A stretch of 64,000 nt of DNA from Prochlorococcus sp. AG-679-M23 (lineage in GTDB: Bacteria > Cyanobacteriota > Cyanobacteriia > PCC-6307 > Cyanobiaceae): the NCBI GenBank assembly GCA_003208875.1, contig QCUR01000001.1:160001-224000 (forward strand). Reading direction: 5' to 3'. Of the stretch, positions 11,167 through 23,278 are shown piece by piece; position 1 is the first letter of the stretch, and every line of letters starts with the position of its first letter. The position numbers and the translations under genes were made by a program. Below the pieces are notes generated by a model that did no database searches, had not been told where the DNA came from, and worked only from the letters and a program-made list of their open reading frames with translations.

Positions 11167-12567
11167 GTGATGAAAAATAATTTAAACTTTTCAGATTTGT
11201 TAAAAGGTGTTTTTACCAATTTCGATAAGAAAGGGGTAAATTCCGGATTAGTAAGTATTTGTATTGAGATACCTTCTGTTGATTTATTTGATGTATATGA
11301 ATTTTTTATTGATAAGTATTCTTTTTCTTCTTTTTTGGAAGAGGATAATAAAATGTCATATGTAGCTCTTGAGAAATGTAAATATATAACTTTAGAAGGG
11401 CCTAAAAAATTTAAAGTAGCGAAAGAATTTAGCTCAGAAAACTTTAATAATCTAATAAATTTGACTGATGAATCGAATACCTCTGCGCTTTCAAAAATAA
11501 TTTATTTTTTTTCTTTTTCAGAGAATCTAAAGAAAAAATATTGTTTGTTTGACGTCCCTAGTTTAGAGGCTATTTTACCTAAAATATTGATTATTAAAAA
11601 TAAAAGGGATTGTTGGTTAAGAATAAATGCTCATGTAGAGGGTAAATCTTCTTTGAGGACATTAATTGAAGAACTATGGTCAATAAGGGATCAGATCCTA
11701 AATTCAAAAAATAAAAAAAGTAAAAATAGTTTTGATTATCCTTCGATCAATTATTTTTTGAACTCTTTAGAATTATCAAATAATAATCTGAAGAAATTAA
11801 TAAATAAGGGAATTCAATTAGTAGAGGAAGGTAACCTTGACAAGATCGTTTTAGCTTCAAGAGTCAAAATAGGTTTTAAAAATAAATTTAATTTAATAAA
11901 TATTTTGAAAAAATTAAAAACTAATCAACCAAATACTTGTAGATATGTTTGGAGGAGAAATAGCAAAGATATTGTATTTGGAGCATCGCCAGAAAAACTA
12001 TTTTCATTTATGAAGCCTGATTTGGTTTTAGAGGCTATTGCTGGAACAGTATCAAGTGATTTAAATCCAGATTCTCTTATAGAAAGCTCTAAGGATATAA
12101 GAGAGCATAATTATGTACTTGAGTATTTAATTAAATCTTTGGAAGTTTTAAAGATTAATAACTATACAAAAAGTTCTTTAAAGGTAACTTCTTTTGGAGA
12201 TATTTCTCATTTACAAACTTTGGTATATTCCAAGATTCATAATATATGCCCTTTTGACTTGCTTAGAGTTTTGCATCCATCTCCAGCAGTTTGTGGATCT
12301 CCTAAAAAGGAAGCAATGAAATGGATAAATATACTTGAATCATTTTCTAGAGGAAATTATGCTTCGCCAATAGGATGGGTAGATTCTGAAGGAAATTCAG
12401 AATTCAGAGTAGCTATAAGAGGAGCACGTTATATTGACCAAAATCTAGAATTTACGGCTGGTTCAGGATTAGTAAAAGGTTCTATCTCTAAAAAAGAAAT
12501 TGAGGAGATTCAACTTAAATTTAAATCTTTAGTGAACCAAATATTTCTTGCCAAAAGAACTAAATAA
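11167..12567 (+). CDS. menF: Isochorismate synthase
   Basis: [46 protein letters not shown]. Confidence 0.9.
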   Translation: MMKNNLNFSDLLKGVFTNFDKKGVNSGLVSICIEIPSVDLFDVYEFFIDKYSFSSFLEEDNKMSYVALEKCKYITLEGPKKFKVAKEFSSENFNNLINLTDESNTSALSKIIYFFSFSENLKKKYCLFDVPSLEAILPKILIIKNKRDCWLRINAHVEGKSSLRTLIEELWSIRDQILNSKNKKSKNSFDYPSINYFLNSLELSNNNLKKLINKGIQLVEEGNLDKIVLASRVKIGFKNKFNLINILKKLKTNQPNTCRYVWRRNSKDIVFGASPEKLFSFMKPDLVLEAIAGTVSSDLNPDSLIESSKDIREHNYVLEYLIKSLEVLKINNYTKSSLKVTSFGDISHLQTLVYSKIHNICPFDLLRVLHPSPAVCGSPKKEAMKWINILESFSRGNYASPIGWVDSEGNSEFRVAIRGARYIDQNLEFTAGSGLVKGSISKKEIEEIQLKFKSLVNQIFLAKRTK

Positions 12568-13483
12568 TTTTTAATAATTTTTCAATTACTTGATCTGAAA
12601 CTCTTTTATTAGATAAAGTTTCTATTTCTCTTAATCCTGTTGGACTTGTTACATTAATTTCACTAAGCATCCCATTTATTACATCTATACCAACAAAGAA
12701 TAAACCTTCATCTTTGAAATGTTGAGATAACTCAGTACAAATCTTTTTTTCTTTAACTGTAAGGTTTGTTTTTTCTGCTTTACCTCCCATAGCTAAATTA
12801 CTTCTAAAGTCCCCCCCTTGAGGAATTCTATTAATTGATCCAATTGGCTCACCGTTAACAATAATTATTCTTTTATCACCTTCTTTGACTTCGGGAATGA
12901 ATTTTTGCATCATTACTGGTAATTCTTCTTGGGATGTTATTAATTCAATCATTGCTTTAATACCTGGAGAATCCTTAGTTAGACGAATAACGCCTTGTCC
13001 TCCTTTCCCTCCAAGTGGTTTTACGACAACATCATGATTAATTTGTGCAAAATTAATAAGATCTTTTACTTTACTTGCAACTATTGTTGGTGCCATCAAA
13101 TGGCTGTACCTCAATGCGCCTAATTTTTCGTTCCAAGCACGCAATGAGGAAGGCTTATTTATGACTTTTACTCCTTTTCTTTCGGCCACTTCCAAAAGAT
13201 GAGTCGCATATAAATATCCCTCATTTACTGGGGGATCTTTTCTCATCCAAATACAATTAAATTCAGCAAGAGGGATACATTTATTTTCTTGAAAAGAAAC
13301 CCATGGACAAACTTCAGCTCTCCAAGAAGATGCCCATACTTCGTCTCCTCTTGCCTCTAGATCTTGAGGAGTACAAGTCCATACTTCTATCTTTTTCTTA
13401 GAAGAAGCTTGCATTAATGCTGCAGATGAATCTTTTAATGGATTTATATTTTTTATTGGGTCTACTACAAATAGAAATCTCAT
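12560..13483 (-). CDS. gshB: Glutathione synthetase
   Basis: [35 protein letters not shown]. Confidence 0.97.
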   Translation of the reverse strand: MRFLFVVDPIKNINPLKDSSAALMQASSKKKIEVWTCTPQDLEARGDEVWASSWRAEVCPWVSFQENKCIPLAEFNCIWMRKDPPVNEGYLYATHLLEVAERKGVKVINKPSSLRAWNEKLGALRYSHLMAPTIVASKVKDLINFAQINHDVVVKPLGGKGGQGVIRLTKDSPGIKAMIELITSQEELPVMMQKFIPEVKEGDKRIIIVNGEPIGSINRIPQGGDFRSNLAMGGKAEKTNLTVKEKKICTELSQHFKDEGLFFVGIDVINGMLSEINVTSPTGLREIETLSNKRVSDQVIEKLLKII

Positions 13484-13488
13484 ATTAT

Positions 13489-13743
13489 CTAATTCAGTAA
13501 TAAGTCTAGTTTGTCCTCTTTTTCTAATTCATAAAGTTCGTCACAACCACCAATACTTTTATCATCAATAAAAATTTGAGGCACTGTTCTTTTACCATTA
13601 GCTCTCTCCATCATGAGTTCTCTTGCATTATCATCTCCATCTATTTTATGTTCAGTAAAACTTATATTTTTTTTTTCAAGTAAAGATTTCGCCCGTATGC
13701 AGAATGGGCAAAATCGCCAAGTATAAATTTCAACTTTAGACAT
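13489..13743 (-). CDS. grxC: Glutaredoxin 3 (dithiol)
   Basis: CPFC active site, TVPQIFI, IGGCD. Confidence 0.95.
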   Translation of the reverse strand: MSKVEIYTWRFCPFCIRAKSLLEKKNISFTEHKIDGDDNARELMMERANGKRTVPQIFIDDKSIGGCDELYELEKEDKLDLLLN

Positions 13744-13819
13744 TTTTTTAAAATATTATTTACTTTATACTATTAAATAAAAGTGCTTGTTAGATTATAA
13801 ATAACAATTAAATTCTATT

Positions 13820-14942
13820 TTGATAGATATAACAGAATTTAAAAAAGATCTTTCAGAGTTAACCAAGCGCCTGGGCAATGCTCAGGATTGTCTTTGACGT
13901 TCCAAATTTAGTTGCTAAGAGAAAAGAGTTAGAGCAAATTGCTGCTCAACCAGAATTCTGGGGTAATCAGGCAGATGCAAAAAAACATATGCTCAACCTT
14001 GATGATGTTATAGATCAACTTCAATTGTTAGATAAATGGAAAATGTTCATTTCTGATGCTGAAGCTTCTCTTGAGCTTTATTCCTTAGAGCCTGAAGAAG
14101 AAATGATTGTTGAATCACATCAAGGATTAGTAACTTTAAGAGAGAATTTAGATAAGTGGGAATTCCAAAGATTATTATGTGGTGAATATGATAAAGAAGC
14201 TGCTATAGTCTCTATTAATGCTGGTGCAGGCGGCACTGATGCACAAGATTGGGTAGAAATTCTATTAAGAATGTATTCAAGATGGGTAGATAATAATGGA
14301 ATGAGCTTAGAAATTACTGATTTATCTGATGGAGAAGAAGCAGGTATTAAAAGCGTTACTTTTGAAGTTAATGGTAAATATGCTTATGGTTATCTTCAAA
14401 ATGAAAAAGGTACTCATAGATTAGTAAGAATTTCACCGTTTAATGCTAATGGTAAAAGACAAACTAGTTTCGCTGGAGTTGAGGTAATGCCAAAATTAGA
14501 TCAAAGTATTTCATTAGAGATTCCTGATAAAGATTTAGAAATTACAACTAGTAGATCAGGCGGAGCTGGAGGACAAAACGTTAATAAAGTAGAAACAGCA
14601 GTAAGGATTGTACATTTGCCTTCAGGAATCGCTGTAAGATGTACTCAAGAGAGATCTCAATTACAAAATAAGGAGAAAGCAATGTTATTGCTTAAAGCTA
14701 AATTATTAGTAATAGCTAAAGAACAAAAAGCTTCTGAAATATCTGATATTAAAGGTGATATTGTTGAGGCTGCATGGGGTAATCAAATTAGAAATTATGT
14801 TTTTCATCCCTATCAAATGGTTAAGGATTTAAGAACAATGAAAGAGACTAATGATTTAGATGCAGTTCTTAATGGTGGATTAGATCAATTTATTCATGAA
14901 TTATTGCGCATGAATATTTCTTCTAAAGAGTCTATTCAATAA
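13820..14942 (+). CDS. prfB: Peptide chain release factor 2, translated via a programmed +1 frameshift
   Basis: TTG 13820 gives [25 protein letters not shown], then CTT-TGA-C (13892-13898); the +1 frame continues DVPNL...SPF...GGQ. The ORF-track start at 13878 is an artefact. Confidence 0.95.
13884..13898 (+). promoter_or_regulatory. RF2 autoregulatory +1 frameshift site
   Basis: AGGAT-TGT-CTT-TGA-C, the same architecture as the canonical SD-like/NNN/CTT-TGA-C site. Confidence 0.92.
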
Positions 14943-14946
14943 ATTT

Positions 14947-15129
14947 ATGGCAAATAAAAACGATAATTTAGAAAAAAAAGTTTCTCCTCCTAGCTTTATA
15001 AAACTAGCTATGAGAAATATGGTAAGGAAGGGTTCTAAAAGTATTTCTCATTTTTCAATTACTTTTTTAATTTTGATCGGAGTTTTAATTTTAATAGCTA
15101 CTTTAGGAAAGCCTAATATGCCTGTTTAA
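14947..15129 (+). CDS. Small cyanobacterial membrane protein (DUF3285-like)
   Basis: PSFIKLAMRNMVRKG followed by one TM helix. Confidence 0.8.
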   Translation: MANKNDNLEKKVSPPSFIKLAMRNMVRKGSKSISHFSITFLILIGVLILIATLGKPNMPV

Positions 15130-15136
15130 TGAAAGT

Positions 15137-15679
15137 ATGTATAAAAAAGATTTATATGACTTACAAATAGATTTAGTCTTTAAATGTAATGATTTTTCTA
15201 ACTTATCAGATCATTTTCTAAATAAGCCAGATAATCTTATTCTCAAATATAGTTTTTGGGAAGAAGTATTATTGTGTTGGATTAAAATAATTCTAGATGA
15301 AAAAGATACTTATTTTCCAAATTTTATTTTAGACAAAAAAAGTTTTTCGTTAAGTTTGCAGATTATTGATGATAAAGAAATTTCTTCTATTAATCAAAAG
15401 TGGATGAATAAATCTGGTTCAACTGATGTTTTATCTTTCCCAATTATTTCTGATGAAGATACAACTAAAGATTTAAATTTTATTGAATTAGGAGATTTAT
15501 TTATATCCTTAGAAACGGCTTTTAAACAATCGTTTGAGTTTAATCATTCTATTAAAAAAGAAATGCTATGGTTAGCCAGTCATGGATTATTACATCTTTT
15601 GGGATGGGAACATAATGATGATTATGAATTAGATAATATGTTAAATTTTCAAGAATATTTAATTTCAAAATTAGATTGA
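15137..15679 (+). CDS. ybeY: rRNA maturation endoribonuclease
   Basis: TDVLSFP, LGDLFIS, HGLLHLLGWEH (H3xH5xH). Confidence 0.93.
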   Translation: MYKKDLYDLQIDLVFKCNDFSNLSDHFLNKPDNLILKYSFWEEVLLCWIKIILDEKDTYFPNFILDKKSFSLSLQIIDDKEISSINQKWMNKSGSTDVLSFPIISDEDTTKDLNFIELGDLFISLETAFKQSFEFNHSIKKEMLWLASHGLLHLLGWEHNDDYELDNMLNFQEYLISKLD

Positions 15680-15702
15680 AATATTTTATTAATAAACTAT
15701 AA

Positions 15703-16119
15703 ATGAAGAGTAAAGCAAAACTTTTAAAAAGTAGGAGAAGGTCATATAGGACATCTAAAAATGTTTTAATAAGTTTTAGATATGCTTTTAATGGTATTAA
15801 ATATACATTTAAAAATTCTAGAAATTTTAAAATTCAAGTTGTTTTTGCTCTTTTTAGTTTAACCATAGGTTCTATTCTTCAACTTGATAAAAGCGATTAT
15901 TTAATTATACTAGTGACTGTTTTTTCTGTATTGACTTTAGAAATAATAAATACATCAATCGAATCTTTAGTTGATCTAGTGATTAAAAAAAAGTTTAGTA
16001 ATCTTGCTAAAATTGCAAAGGACTGTTCAGCAGGTGCTGTATTATTAGCTTCAATTAATTCTGTTATTATTGGTCTATGTTTATTTATTCCTAAAATAAA
16101 GTTATTATTTTTAAATTGA
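15703..16119 (+). CDS. dgkA: Diacylglycerol/undecaprenol kinase family
   Basis: SFRYAFNGI, EIINTSIESLVD, AKIAKDCSAGAVL; follows ybeY. Confidence 0.9.
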   Translation: MKSKAKLLKSRRRSYRTSKNVLISFRYAFNGIKYTFKNSRNFKIQVVFALFSLTIGSILQLDKSDYLIILVTVFSVLTLEIINTSIESLVDLVIKKKFSNLAKIAKDCSAGAVLLASINSVIIGLCLFIPKIKLLFLN

Positions 16120-16126
16120 AAAAGAT

Positions 16127-16723
16127 ATGTTTCTAGTTATTGATAATTACGATAGTTTTACGTATAACCTAGTTCAATACTTAGGAGAGCTTTCAGCAGA
16201 TCATCATATAACAAAAGAATTACTAGTAAAAAGAAATGATGAAATTACTTTAGAAGAGATAAGTCATATTAATCCCGATGGTATTTTATTGTCTCCTGGT
16301 CCAGGGAATCCAGATCAGTCAGGTATTTGTCTGCCAATTCTCCAAAACTTATCAAAGGAAATTCCAATATTAGGTGTCTGTTTAGGTCATCAAGCATTAG
16401 CTCAAGCCTATGGCGGTAAAGTAATAGTTGGTAAAGAATTAATGCATGGAAAGACCTCAAAAATTATTCACAATAAAAAAGGATTATTCCAAGATATTGA
16501 TAGCCCATTTTTGGCTACTAGATATCATAGTCTTATAGTAGATGCAGAATCTCTTCCCTCTTGTTTTGAAATAACTGCAACTTTAGAGGATTCAACAATT
16601 ATGGCAATTTCACATAAAGAATATAAAAATTTACATGGTGTTCAGTTTCATCCAGAAAGTGTTCTAACACAATTTGGACATAAATTAATTAGTAATTTTT
16701 TAAATATGGCTCAAAATAAGTAA
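16127..16723 (+). CDS. Anthranilate/aminodeoxychorismate synthase glutamine amidotransferase (TrpG/PabA)
   Basis: IDNYDSFTYNL, SPGPG, GVCLGHQ, RYHSL, QFHPES. Confidence 0.95.
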   Translation: MFLVIDNYDSFTYNLVQYLGELSADHHITKELLVKRNDEITLEEISHINPDGILLSPGPGNPDQSGICLPILQNLSKEIPILGVCLGHQALAQAYGGKVIVGKELMHGKTSKIIHNKKGLFQDIDSPFLATRYHSLIVDAESLPSCFEITATLEDSTIMAISHKEYKNLHGVQFHPESVLTQFGHKLISNFLNMAQNK

Positions 16724-16745
16724 AATATAAATATATAAATTTTCT

Positions 16746-17474
16746 ATGAGTTTTATCAAAATAAAAAAATTTTTCCTTTTTACATTATTTTTATTTTTAA
16801 TACCCTCATCCGCCATGGCAGGTGATTTGTTATTAAACAGTTTAGGTCATGGTAGTTTTTTAATTAAAGGAAGAAAAAAATCAGTTCTTATAAATCCTTT
16901 TAAGGCTATTGGTTGTGCAAGTGATTTAAATGAGCCAAAAGGAATAAATGCTGATTTTATTTTAGCTAGTTCAAAACTAGCTGATGAAGGATACAATCCA
17001 AATGATCAATTGATGTTTGTAGAACCTGGAGTTTATAAATTCGAAGATATATTATTAAATGGAATTGAGGTTCCTCATGACAGAATTGGGGGAAGAAGGT
17101 TTGGGATGGCTACGGTCTGGAGTTGGGAGCAGAATAATTTAAAAATAGTCCATATGGGTGGAGCTGCTGGTGAAATGGATATAAATAGTGAAATTATTTT
17201 GTCCCGTCCAGATATTTTATTTATTTCAATAGGAGGAGGATTTAAATCTTATAACGGAATCGAGGCCTCAGATATAGTAAAAAAATTAAAACCCTCAATT
17301 GTTGTTCCTGTTCATTTTGTGAGAGGCAAAAATATTAGTGATAATTGTGATTTTTCTAATGCTGACTTTTTTCTTGAAAATATGCAAGATTTTAAAGTCA
17401 AATATCTTGGTAAAAGCTTTGAAATAAATTCAAAAAGAATTGATAAAAATACTATTTATATTTTCAAAGATTAA
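16746..17474 (+). CDS. Exported metallo-beta-lactamase-fold protein with degenerate metal motif
   Basis: Signal-peptide-like N-terminus; LGHGSFLI, INPF, PHD, VHMG, VPVH typical of Lactamase_B_3-like proteins. Confidence 0.75.
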   Translation: MSFIKIKKFFLFTLFLFLIPSSAMAGDLLLNSLGHGSFLIKGRKKSVLINPFKAIGCASDLNEPKGINADFILASSKLADEGYNPNDQLMFVEPGVYKFEDILLNGIEVPHDRIGGRRFGMATVWSWEQNNLKIVHMGGAAGEMDINSEIILSRPDILFISIGGGFKSYNGIEASDIVKKLKPSIVVPVHFVRGKNISDNCDFSNADFFLENMQDFKVKYLGKSFEINSKRIDKNTIYIFKD

Positions 17475-18580
17475 TTATTAAGATCTAATTTTTTATAGGT
17501 ACTCCAGAAAATACTCATTTGTTCTTGAGTTCCTATACTTACCCTTATAGAATTCTCAATATCTTTTTTGTTTTTCATCTCTCTTATTAAGATACCCTTT
17601 TCTCTCATTTGTCTTGTCAAAATTTCTGGATTTTTTTTTGGCCAAATTAAAAAATAATTTCCGCCACCAAAATGTTTCCTAATTGCTACAGATTCAAATT
17701 TTTTCTCAATTAATACTCTCGCTTTTTTTACTTCAGAAACATAATTATCTATATAAGATTTATCATTTAGAGCAGCTAATGCAGCAGTAACAGCAAAACT
17801 GTTCACATCATAAGGTCCTGTCACTTTATTGATATATTTCATTATGTTTTTATGTCCGAATGCAAAGCCAATTCTCAAACCAGCTAAACCAGCAGTCTTT
17901 GATAGGGATTGAATAACAACTATATTTTTAATTTTTTTAAAATCTATTACTGGAAGAAGACTATCGCCGTAAAATTTCTCATAAAGTTCATCTACGACAA
18001 TTAATGATTTTTTATTCAGATTTGCTAAATTTATTATTTCTTTAGCACTTAAAACAGTACCAGTAGGGTTATTTGGATTACAAATAAATATTAATTTAGG
18101 GTTATGTTTAATAATTTTTTCTTTAAATCTCTTTATTGGGAAAAGAAAGTTTTCTCCTTCGTAGGTACAAGTTATTTTTCTCATACCTTGTATTTCAGAA
18201 CAAGGAGAATAATAACCAAATGTAGGGTTTGTGGTCAGGAATATTTCATCCCTGTCGCCAAAACAATTAAATATCGCATTTATTGCAGCATCAGCTCCAT
18301 TAAACAAACCTATCTCTTCAGAGTCAAATTGCCTTGATTCATAATAGTGATTCGATACAAATTTTTTTAATAAGTTATATTCTGGATAGATTGAAATTTG
18401 ATTTAAATTAATATCTTTGATAGCTTCATATACTTTTTTACTGGGACCTAAAGTATTTTCATTAAAATCTAAACGCAATAAATTTCTTCTGTTTTCTAAA
18501 GGTGCAGAATAAGATTGCATATTTATTATTTCCTTTCTTGGGAGTGGTGAAAGATTATTTATTTGATCAAATTCATTCAT
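17471..18580 (-). CDS. hisC: Histidinol-phosphate aminotransferase family
   Basis: LDFNEN, CNPNNPTG, VDELY, SLSKTAGLAGLRIG. Confidence 0.82.
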   Translation of the reverse strand: MNEFDQINNLSPLPRKEIINMQSYSAPLENRRNLLRLDFNENTLGPSKKVYEAIKDINLNQISIYPEYNLLKKFVSNHYYESRQFDSEEIGLFNGADAAINAIFNCFGDRDEIFLTTNPTFGYYSPCSEIQGMRKITCTYEGENFLFPIKRFKEKIIKHNPKLIFICNPNNPTGTVLSAKEIINLANLNKKSLIVVDELYEKFYGDSLLPVIDFKKIKNIVVIQSLSKTAGLAGLRIGFAFGHKNIMKYINKVTGPYDVNSFAVTAALAALNDKSYIDNYVSEVKKARVLIEKKFESVAIRKHFGGGNYFLIWPKKNPEILTRQMREKGILIREMKNKKDIENSIRVSIGTQEQMSIFWSTYKKLDLNN

Positions 18581-20391
18581 TACATTCTATCTAAGGTTTC
18601 AATTCCAAGAAGCTCTAAACTTAATTTTAAAGTCTTTTCAGTTAAAGCACATAATGTGAGTCTTGAAATCTTTGTATCCATTTCTCCCTTAAGAATAGGA
18701 ACTTGATCGTAAAATCTATTAAAAGTCTTACATAATTCAAACAGATAATTACATAATCTATTTGGCATTAAGTCTTTTTCTATCGAAATAATAACTTCAT
18801 CAAATTTAAGTAATTTCCTTATAAGCTTCCACTCTAAATCATGGCTATATGAAATAGATTCTAAATTTAACCCCTCTTCAGTCATATTACTTTTTCTATT
18901 AATTCCTGAAATTCTTACAAGTGTATACAAAAGATAAGGCGCCGTATTTCCATTAAGAGAAAGCATCTTTTCAAAACTAAATTGATAATTTGTGATTCTA
19001 TTTTGGCTTAAATCGGCATATTTTACTGCTCCGATTCCAATAACTTTTGAAGTATTTAAAATAAAATCATCATTTTCAAAACGACTTTCGTTCTCTAATC
19101 TTTTTAATAGATCTTCTTTTGCTCTATTAATTGACTCTGATAATAAATCTTTTAGTTTTATGGTATCTCCTTCTCTTGTTTTAAGTTTCTTTCCATCAAT
19201 ACCTTGTACTAGCCCGAAGGGAACATGATTTACTTCGCAATCTTTTGGGATCCAATTAGCTCTTTTAGCAACTTGAAAAACTCCTGCAAAATGATTGGAT
19301 TGACCATGATCTGTTACATAAATAATTCTGGCTGCATTATCTCCATATGGTTCCTTATTAAATCTATATCTTAGAGCGGCAAGATCAGTAGTTGCATAAT
19401 TGAACCCACCGTCTTTTTTTTGAATAATAAGTGGTAATGGATTCCCTTCTTTATTAGTCATGCCATCAAGAAAAACACATTTTGCACCTTGATCTTCTAC
19501 TAATATTCTCTTGTAATTTAAATCCTCAACTATTGATTTTAAAAAAGGATTATAAAAAGATTCTCCTCTTTCTTTAATTTTTATGTTCAATGTTTTATAG
19601 ATTTGATCAAACTCTTTTCTTGATTGATTACATAATAATTTCCATGCTTCAATTGATTTTTTATCTCCACTTTGTAATTGAACTACCTCTTCTCTTGATC
19701 TCTTTTGGAATTCTGTTTCATTATCAAATCTTTTTTTTGAAGCTTTATAGAATTCAACCAAATCACTAATTTTGATTCTATCTATTTCTTTAAGATCGCT
19801 TGAATATAAATCTTTAAGCTGAGTAATAAGCATTCCAAATTGTGTACCCCAATCTCCAATGTGATTTAGTCTTAAAACGATATATCCTCTAAATTCCAAA
19901 ATTTTTGAGATCGAATCTCCTATAATTGTTGATCTTAGATGACCCACATGCATTTCTTTAGCAATATTAGGACTTGAAAAATCTACGATAACTTTTTTTT
20001 GGGAATGACTATTATTTTTATGGGATAAAGGAACACCAGCTCTAGGGCATTTTTTATTAGATTTTATTTCTTCAATCAAAACATTATTTTTTAATTTTAT
20101 ATTTATAAAACCTGGTCCCGCAATTTCTAAATCTTCACATAAATTAGAAATCTTTTTATTTTCTTTGAGGTTCTCAATAAATGCAATAGCAATTTCTCTA
20201 GGGTTACTTTTATAAATCTTAGATAAAACCAGACATACATTACATTGATAATCACCAAACTCCTCTTTAGATGCTTGATTAATTAAATTTTTACGAATTT
20301 TTTCAAATTCTTCTTTCTTTTCATTTTTTATAAGACTTTCTAGAAGAGTTTCTTCAAAGCTTTTAGTTAATTCTTTAAAAATTACCTGCAT
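18580..20391 (-). CDS. argS: Arginyl-tRNA synthetase
   Basis: [46 protein letters not shown]. Confidence 0.98.
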   Translation of the reverse strand: MQVIFKELTKSFEETLLESLIKNEKKEEFEKIRKNLINQASKEEFGDYQCNVCLVLSKIYKSNPREIAIAFIENLKENKKISNLCEDLEIAGPGFINIKLKNNVLIEEIKSNKKCPRAGVPLSHKNNSHSQKKVIVDFSSPNIAKEMHVGHLRSTIIGDSISKILEFRGYIVLRLNHIGDWGTQFGMLITQLKDLYSSDLKEIDRIKISDLVEFYKASKKRFDNETEFQKRSREEVVQLQSGDKKSIEAWKLLCNQSRKEFDQIYKTLNIKIKERGESFYNPFLKSIVEDLNYKRILVEDQGAKCVFLDGMTNKEGNPLPLIIQKKDGGFNYATTDLAALRYRFNKEPYGDNAARIIYVTDHGQSNHFAGVFQVAKRANWIPKDCEVNHVPFGLVQGIDGKKLKTREGDTIKLKDLLSESINRAKEDLLKRLENESRFENDDFILNTSKVIGIGAVKYADLSQNRITNYQFSFEKMLSLNGNTAPYLLYTLVRISGINRKSNMTEEGLNLESISYSHDLEWKLIRKLLKFDEVIISIEKDLMPNRLCNYLFELCKTFNRFYDQVPILKGEMDTKISRLTLCALTEKTLKLSLELLGIETLDRM

Positions 20392-20418
20392 GAATTATTA
20401 GAATGCTATTCGAGTCAT

Positions 20419-21285
20419 TTAATTAATATAACGCATACTAAAATCAATCCAATTACTTTTAGTAATTGAAGAACTTGTTGAAATTAAATCAACTCCATCA
20501 ATTAAATACTTACTAATGTTTATTGGATTAATTCCAGATACCTCTATGATTAAATCATTCCTAATTGTTTTATTAGTGTTATTTTTTGATAAGTCTCTTA
20601 ATTCTTTAATACCTTTTTTAAGTAATTCAGGATTAAATTCATCTAACAAAATACTATCTGCACCTGCTAAAACTGCATCTTTTGCTTGCTGCATATCTTC
20701 TGCTTCAATAATAATATGAGTTGTAAAGGGACTATTTAATCTAATTTTTTCAACTGCATTTTTCAAGTTATCAGTCCATGCAATGTGGTTTTCTTTAATC
20801 ATTGCAGCATCATATAATCCCATTCTATGATTAATACCACCACCACATTTAAAAGCATACTTTTCAAATATTCTTAAACCAGGAGTAGTTTTTCTTGTAT
20901 CTGCTAAATTTATATTTGTACCTTTCAGAACATCTACAATATTTTTTGTATAAGTTGAGATTCCCGATAAATGCATTGAGATATTGAGACTTATTCTTTC
21001 ACTTGCCAAGAGACTTCTTGAAGGGCCATTTAGTTCAAGAAGCTTTTGATCCTTCAAAAATTTTTCACCATCATTAATAAAAAAATTGCACTCTATTTTT
21101 TCGTCAATTTTTTTAAAAATTTCTTTTATTATTCCAACACCACAAAATATTCCTTCCTCTTTTGCTATCCAATAGGCTTTTCCTATTTTTTTGGTAATCG
21201 CAGAAGATGTTAGATCACCTTTACCGATATCTTCTTCAATCCAACCATCAATAACTCTAGAAATATTTGGAGAGTATAAATCCAC
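20419..21285 (-). CDS. nadC: Quinolinate phosphoribosyltransferase
   Basis: EDIGKGDLT, DTRKTTPGLR, HRMGLYDAAMIKENH. Confidence 0.96.
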   Translation of the reverse strand: MDLYSPNISRVIDGWIEEDIGKGDLTSSAITKKIGKAYWIAKEEGIFCGVGIIKEIFKKIDEKIECNFFINDGEKFLKDQKLLELNGPSRSLLASERISLNISMHLSGISTYTKNIVDVLKGTNINLADTRKTTPGLRIFEKYAFKCGGGINHRMGLYDAAMIKENHIAWTDNLKNAVEKIRLNSPFTTHIIIEAEDMQQAKDAVLAGADSILLDEFNPELLKKGIKELRDLSKNNTNKTIRNDLIIEVSGINPINISKYLIDGVDLISTSSSITKSNWIDFSMRYIN

Positions 21286-21360
21286 TAAATTTGAATAAGA
21301 TAAAAATTTTATTTTAACTTTTAAAGTTTACTTTATACCTTAATGTATTTTAATAAAAAT

Positions 21361-22743
21361 TTATTTACCTATACAAAATTTGGAAAAAATATTATTTAGT
21401 AGATCTTCAGTTAATTCTTGACCTGTAATTCTCGATAAGTTTTTTATTCCATCTCTAACTTCAATTGATAATAAATCGAAGGGTAATTGATTAGCAATTA
21501 TTGGATCAGTATCATTTAAATTTTTTAGGCAATCAGTTAGGTTTGATATTTGTCTTTCATTTAAAAAAATATCTATATTTTCAAATTCTTTTGATCCACA
21601 TTTTTTAACTATCTTTTCGACTAGTTCTTTTTCGCCTTCATCATTTTTAATACTCATTAAAACAGAGTTCGATAAATTTTTTTTATTTACTTTTTTTGAA
21701 TCAATTAAATCTTTTTTATTCCCCAAGATTGTAATTAATTTTTCTTGTGGAATTTTGCTTATAATTTTCTCATCATCCTTATTTAATCCTTCTTCAAGAC
21801 TATATAAATAGATTATATAGTCTGAGTTTTGAATCATTTCAAAGCTTTTTTCAATTCCAATATTTTCTATATATTCATCTGTTTCTCTAATGCCAGCTGT
21901 ATCTATTATTTTTATTGGTATATCTTTTATAGTCAAATTCACTTCAATTGTATCTCTAGTTGTTCCTGGAATATTAGTAACTATTGCTTTTTCTTTTTTT
22001 GAGAGAAGATTTAAAAGAGAACTTTTCCCAACATTAGTTTTGCCAATAAGAGCAATTGATATTCCATTATGAATATGCCCCCCCCTTTTTGAATTTTCTA
22101 TAAGGATTTCTATTTTTTCTTTTATAATTTTAATATTTCTAGAAAAATCATCATAATTGAATTCTGAAAAATCCTCGTCAAAGTCTACTCTTGCTTCTAT
22201 TTCTGATAATTGCTCGATTAAATCATTTTTAATAATATCAATCTTTTTCTTTATTTCTCCCTTTACTCCATTAAAAGCTATTTCGGCTGATTTAAGATTT
22301 TTTGCATTAATCAATTGATTAATTGATTCTGCTTGAGTTAAATCTATTTTGCCATTAAGAAATGCTCTTTGACTAAATTCTCCTGGATTTGCAATCCTTA
22401 CTCCAGTATTATTTGATAACAATGTCTCCATCACTTTATTTACAACAATTACTCCTCCATGACAGTGCAATTCAACAATATCTTCTCCAGTGAAACTATT
22501 AGGAGAATGCATAACTGTAATTAAAATTTCATCTATAAATTTATTTTCTAAATTATCTTTTATAAAGCCATGAAAAACTCTGTGAGACTCCCAAGCATAT
22601 TTAGATTTTGTTTCTACAATATTTTTACAGGAATTTATTGCTTCTTCTCCTGATACTCTTATAACTGCAATTCCTCCTTTACCTAGACTTATAGCCGAAG
22701 CTATAGCTGCTATTGTATCCTCAGTATCGATAATTGATTCCAT
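21361..22743 (-). CDS. mnmE: tRNA modification GTPase
   Basis: [36 protein letters not shown]-terminal FCIGK. Confidence 0.97.
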   Translation of the reverse strand: MESIIDTEDTIAAIASAISLGKGGIAVIRVSGEEAINSCKNIVETKSKYAWESHRVFHGFIKDNLENKFIDEILITVMHSPNSFTGEDIVELHCHGGVIVVNKVMETLLSNNTGVRIANPGEFSQRAFLNGKIDLTQAESINQLINAKNLKSAEIAFNGVKGEIKKKIDIIKNDLIEQLSEIEARVDFDEDFSEFNYDDFSRNIKIIKEKIEILIENSKRGGHIHNGISIALIGKTNVGKSSLLNLLSKKEKAIVTNIPGTTRDTIEVNLTIKDIPIKIIDTAGIRETDEYIENIGIEKSFEMIQNSDYIIYLYSLEEGLNKDDEKIISKIPQEKLITILGNKKDLIDSKKVNKKNLSNSVLMSIKNDEGEKELVEKIVKKCGSKEFENIDIFLNERQISNLTDCLKNLNDTDPIIANQLPFDLLSIEVRDGIKNLSRITGQELTEDLLNNIFSKFCIGK

Positions 22744-22809
22744 CTCTCACTATGCTGTGGATAATTAAGTAAGCTTATCAAAGAAAACTTTTTTGATTGT
22801 GATTTCAGA

Positions 22810-23262
22810 ATGAAGTTGATAAAGAATCTTCAATATAAAAAAATTCTATCATTATTTTTGAAACAAGATGGTACTCCCTTTTTTAATGCAAAGGGAGTAG
22901 CTGTTGGTATCTTTTGTGGATGCTTTCCTTTCTTTGGTTTTCAAACTTTATTAGGATTATTTTTAGCAAGAGTTGCAAAAGGAAATCTTTTTCTTGCTGC
23001 AATTGGTACTTGGATAAGTAATCCTTTTACTTATGTGCCTCTATATTTTTTCAATTATAAAGTTGGGTCATTCTTGCTAAAAAATTCTACAGATATTGTT
23101 TTTGATAAAAATTTAATGATTGAAGAATTATGGGAACAAGGGAGTGTTTTTTCATTAAGATTAATTTTGGGTTCAGCATTAGTTGGATTTTTATTAGCTT
23201 CTATTTCTGGCATAATTGTTTTTTTGCTATATAAGAAAAATAAAAAAAAGAACATTTTATAA
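22810..23262 (+). CDS. DUF2062-family membrane protein
   Basis: AKGVAVGIFCGCFPFFGFQ...WISNPFT pattern. Confidence 0.8.
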   Translation: MKLIKNLQYKKILSLFLKQDGTPFFNAKGVAVGIFCGCFPFFGFQTLLGLFLARVAKGNLFLAAIGTWISNPFTYVPLYFFNYKVGSFLLKNSTDIVFDKNLMIEELWEQGSVFSLRLILGSALVGFLLASISGIIVFLLYKKNKKKNIL

Positions 23263-23278
23263 TTCTTTTAAGTTGTAA

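Noticed and set aside
13878..13897. ORF-track N-terminus MLRIVF for RF2
   Set aside because: Explained by the programmed +1 frameshift from the upstream frame starting at 13820.
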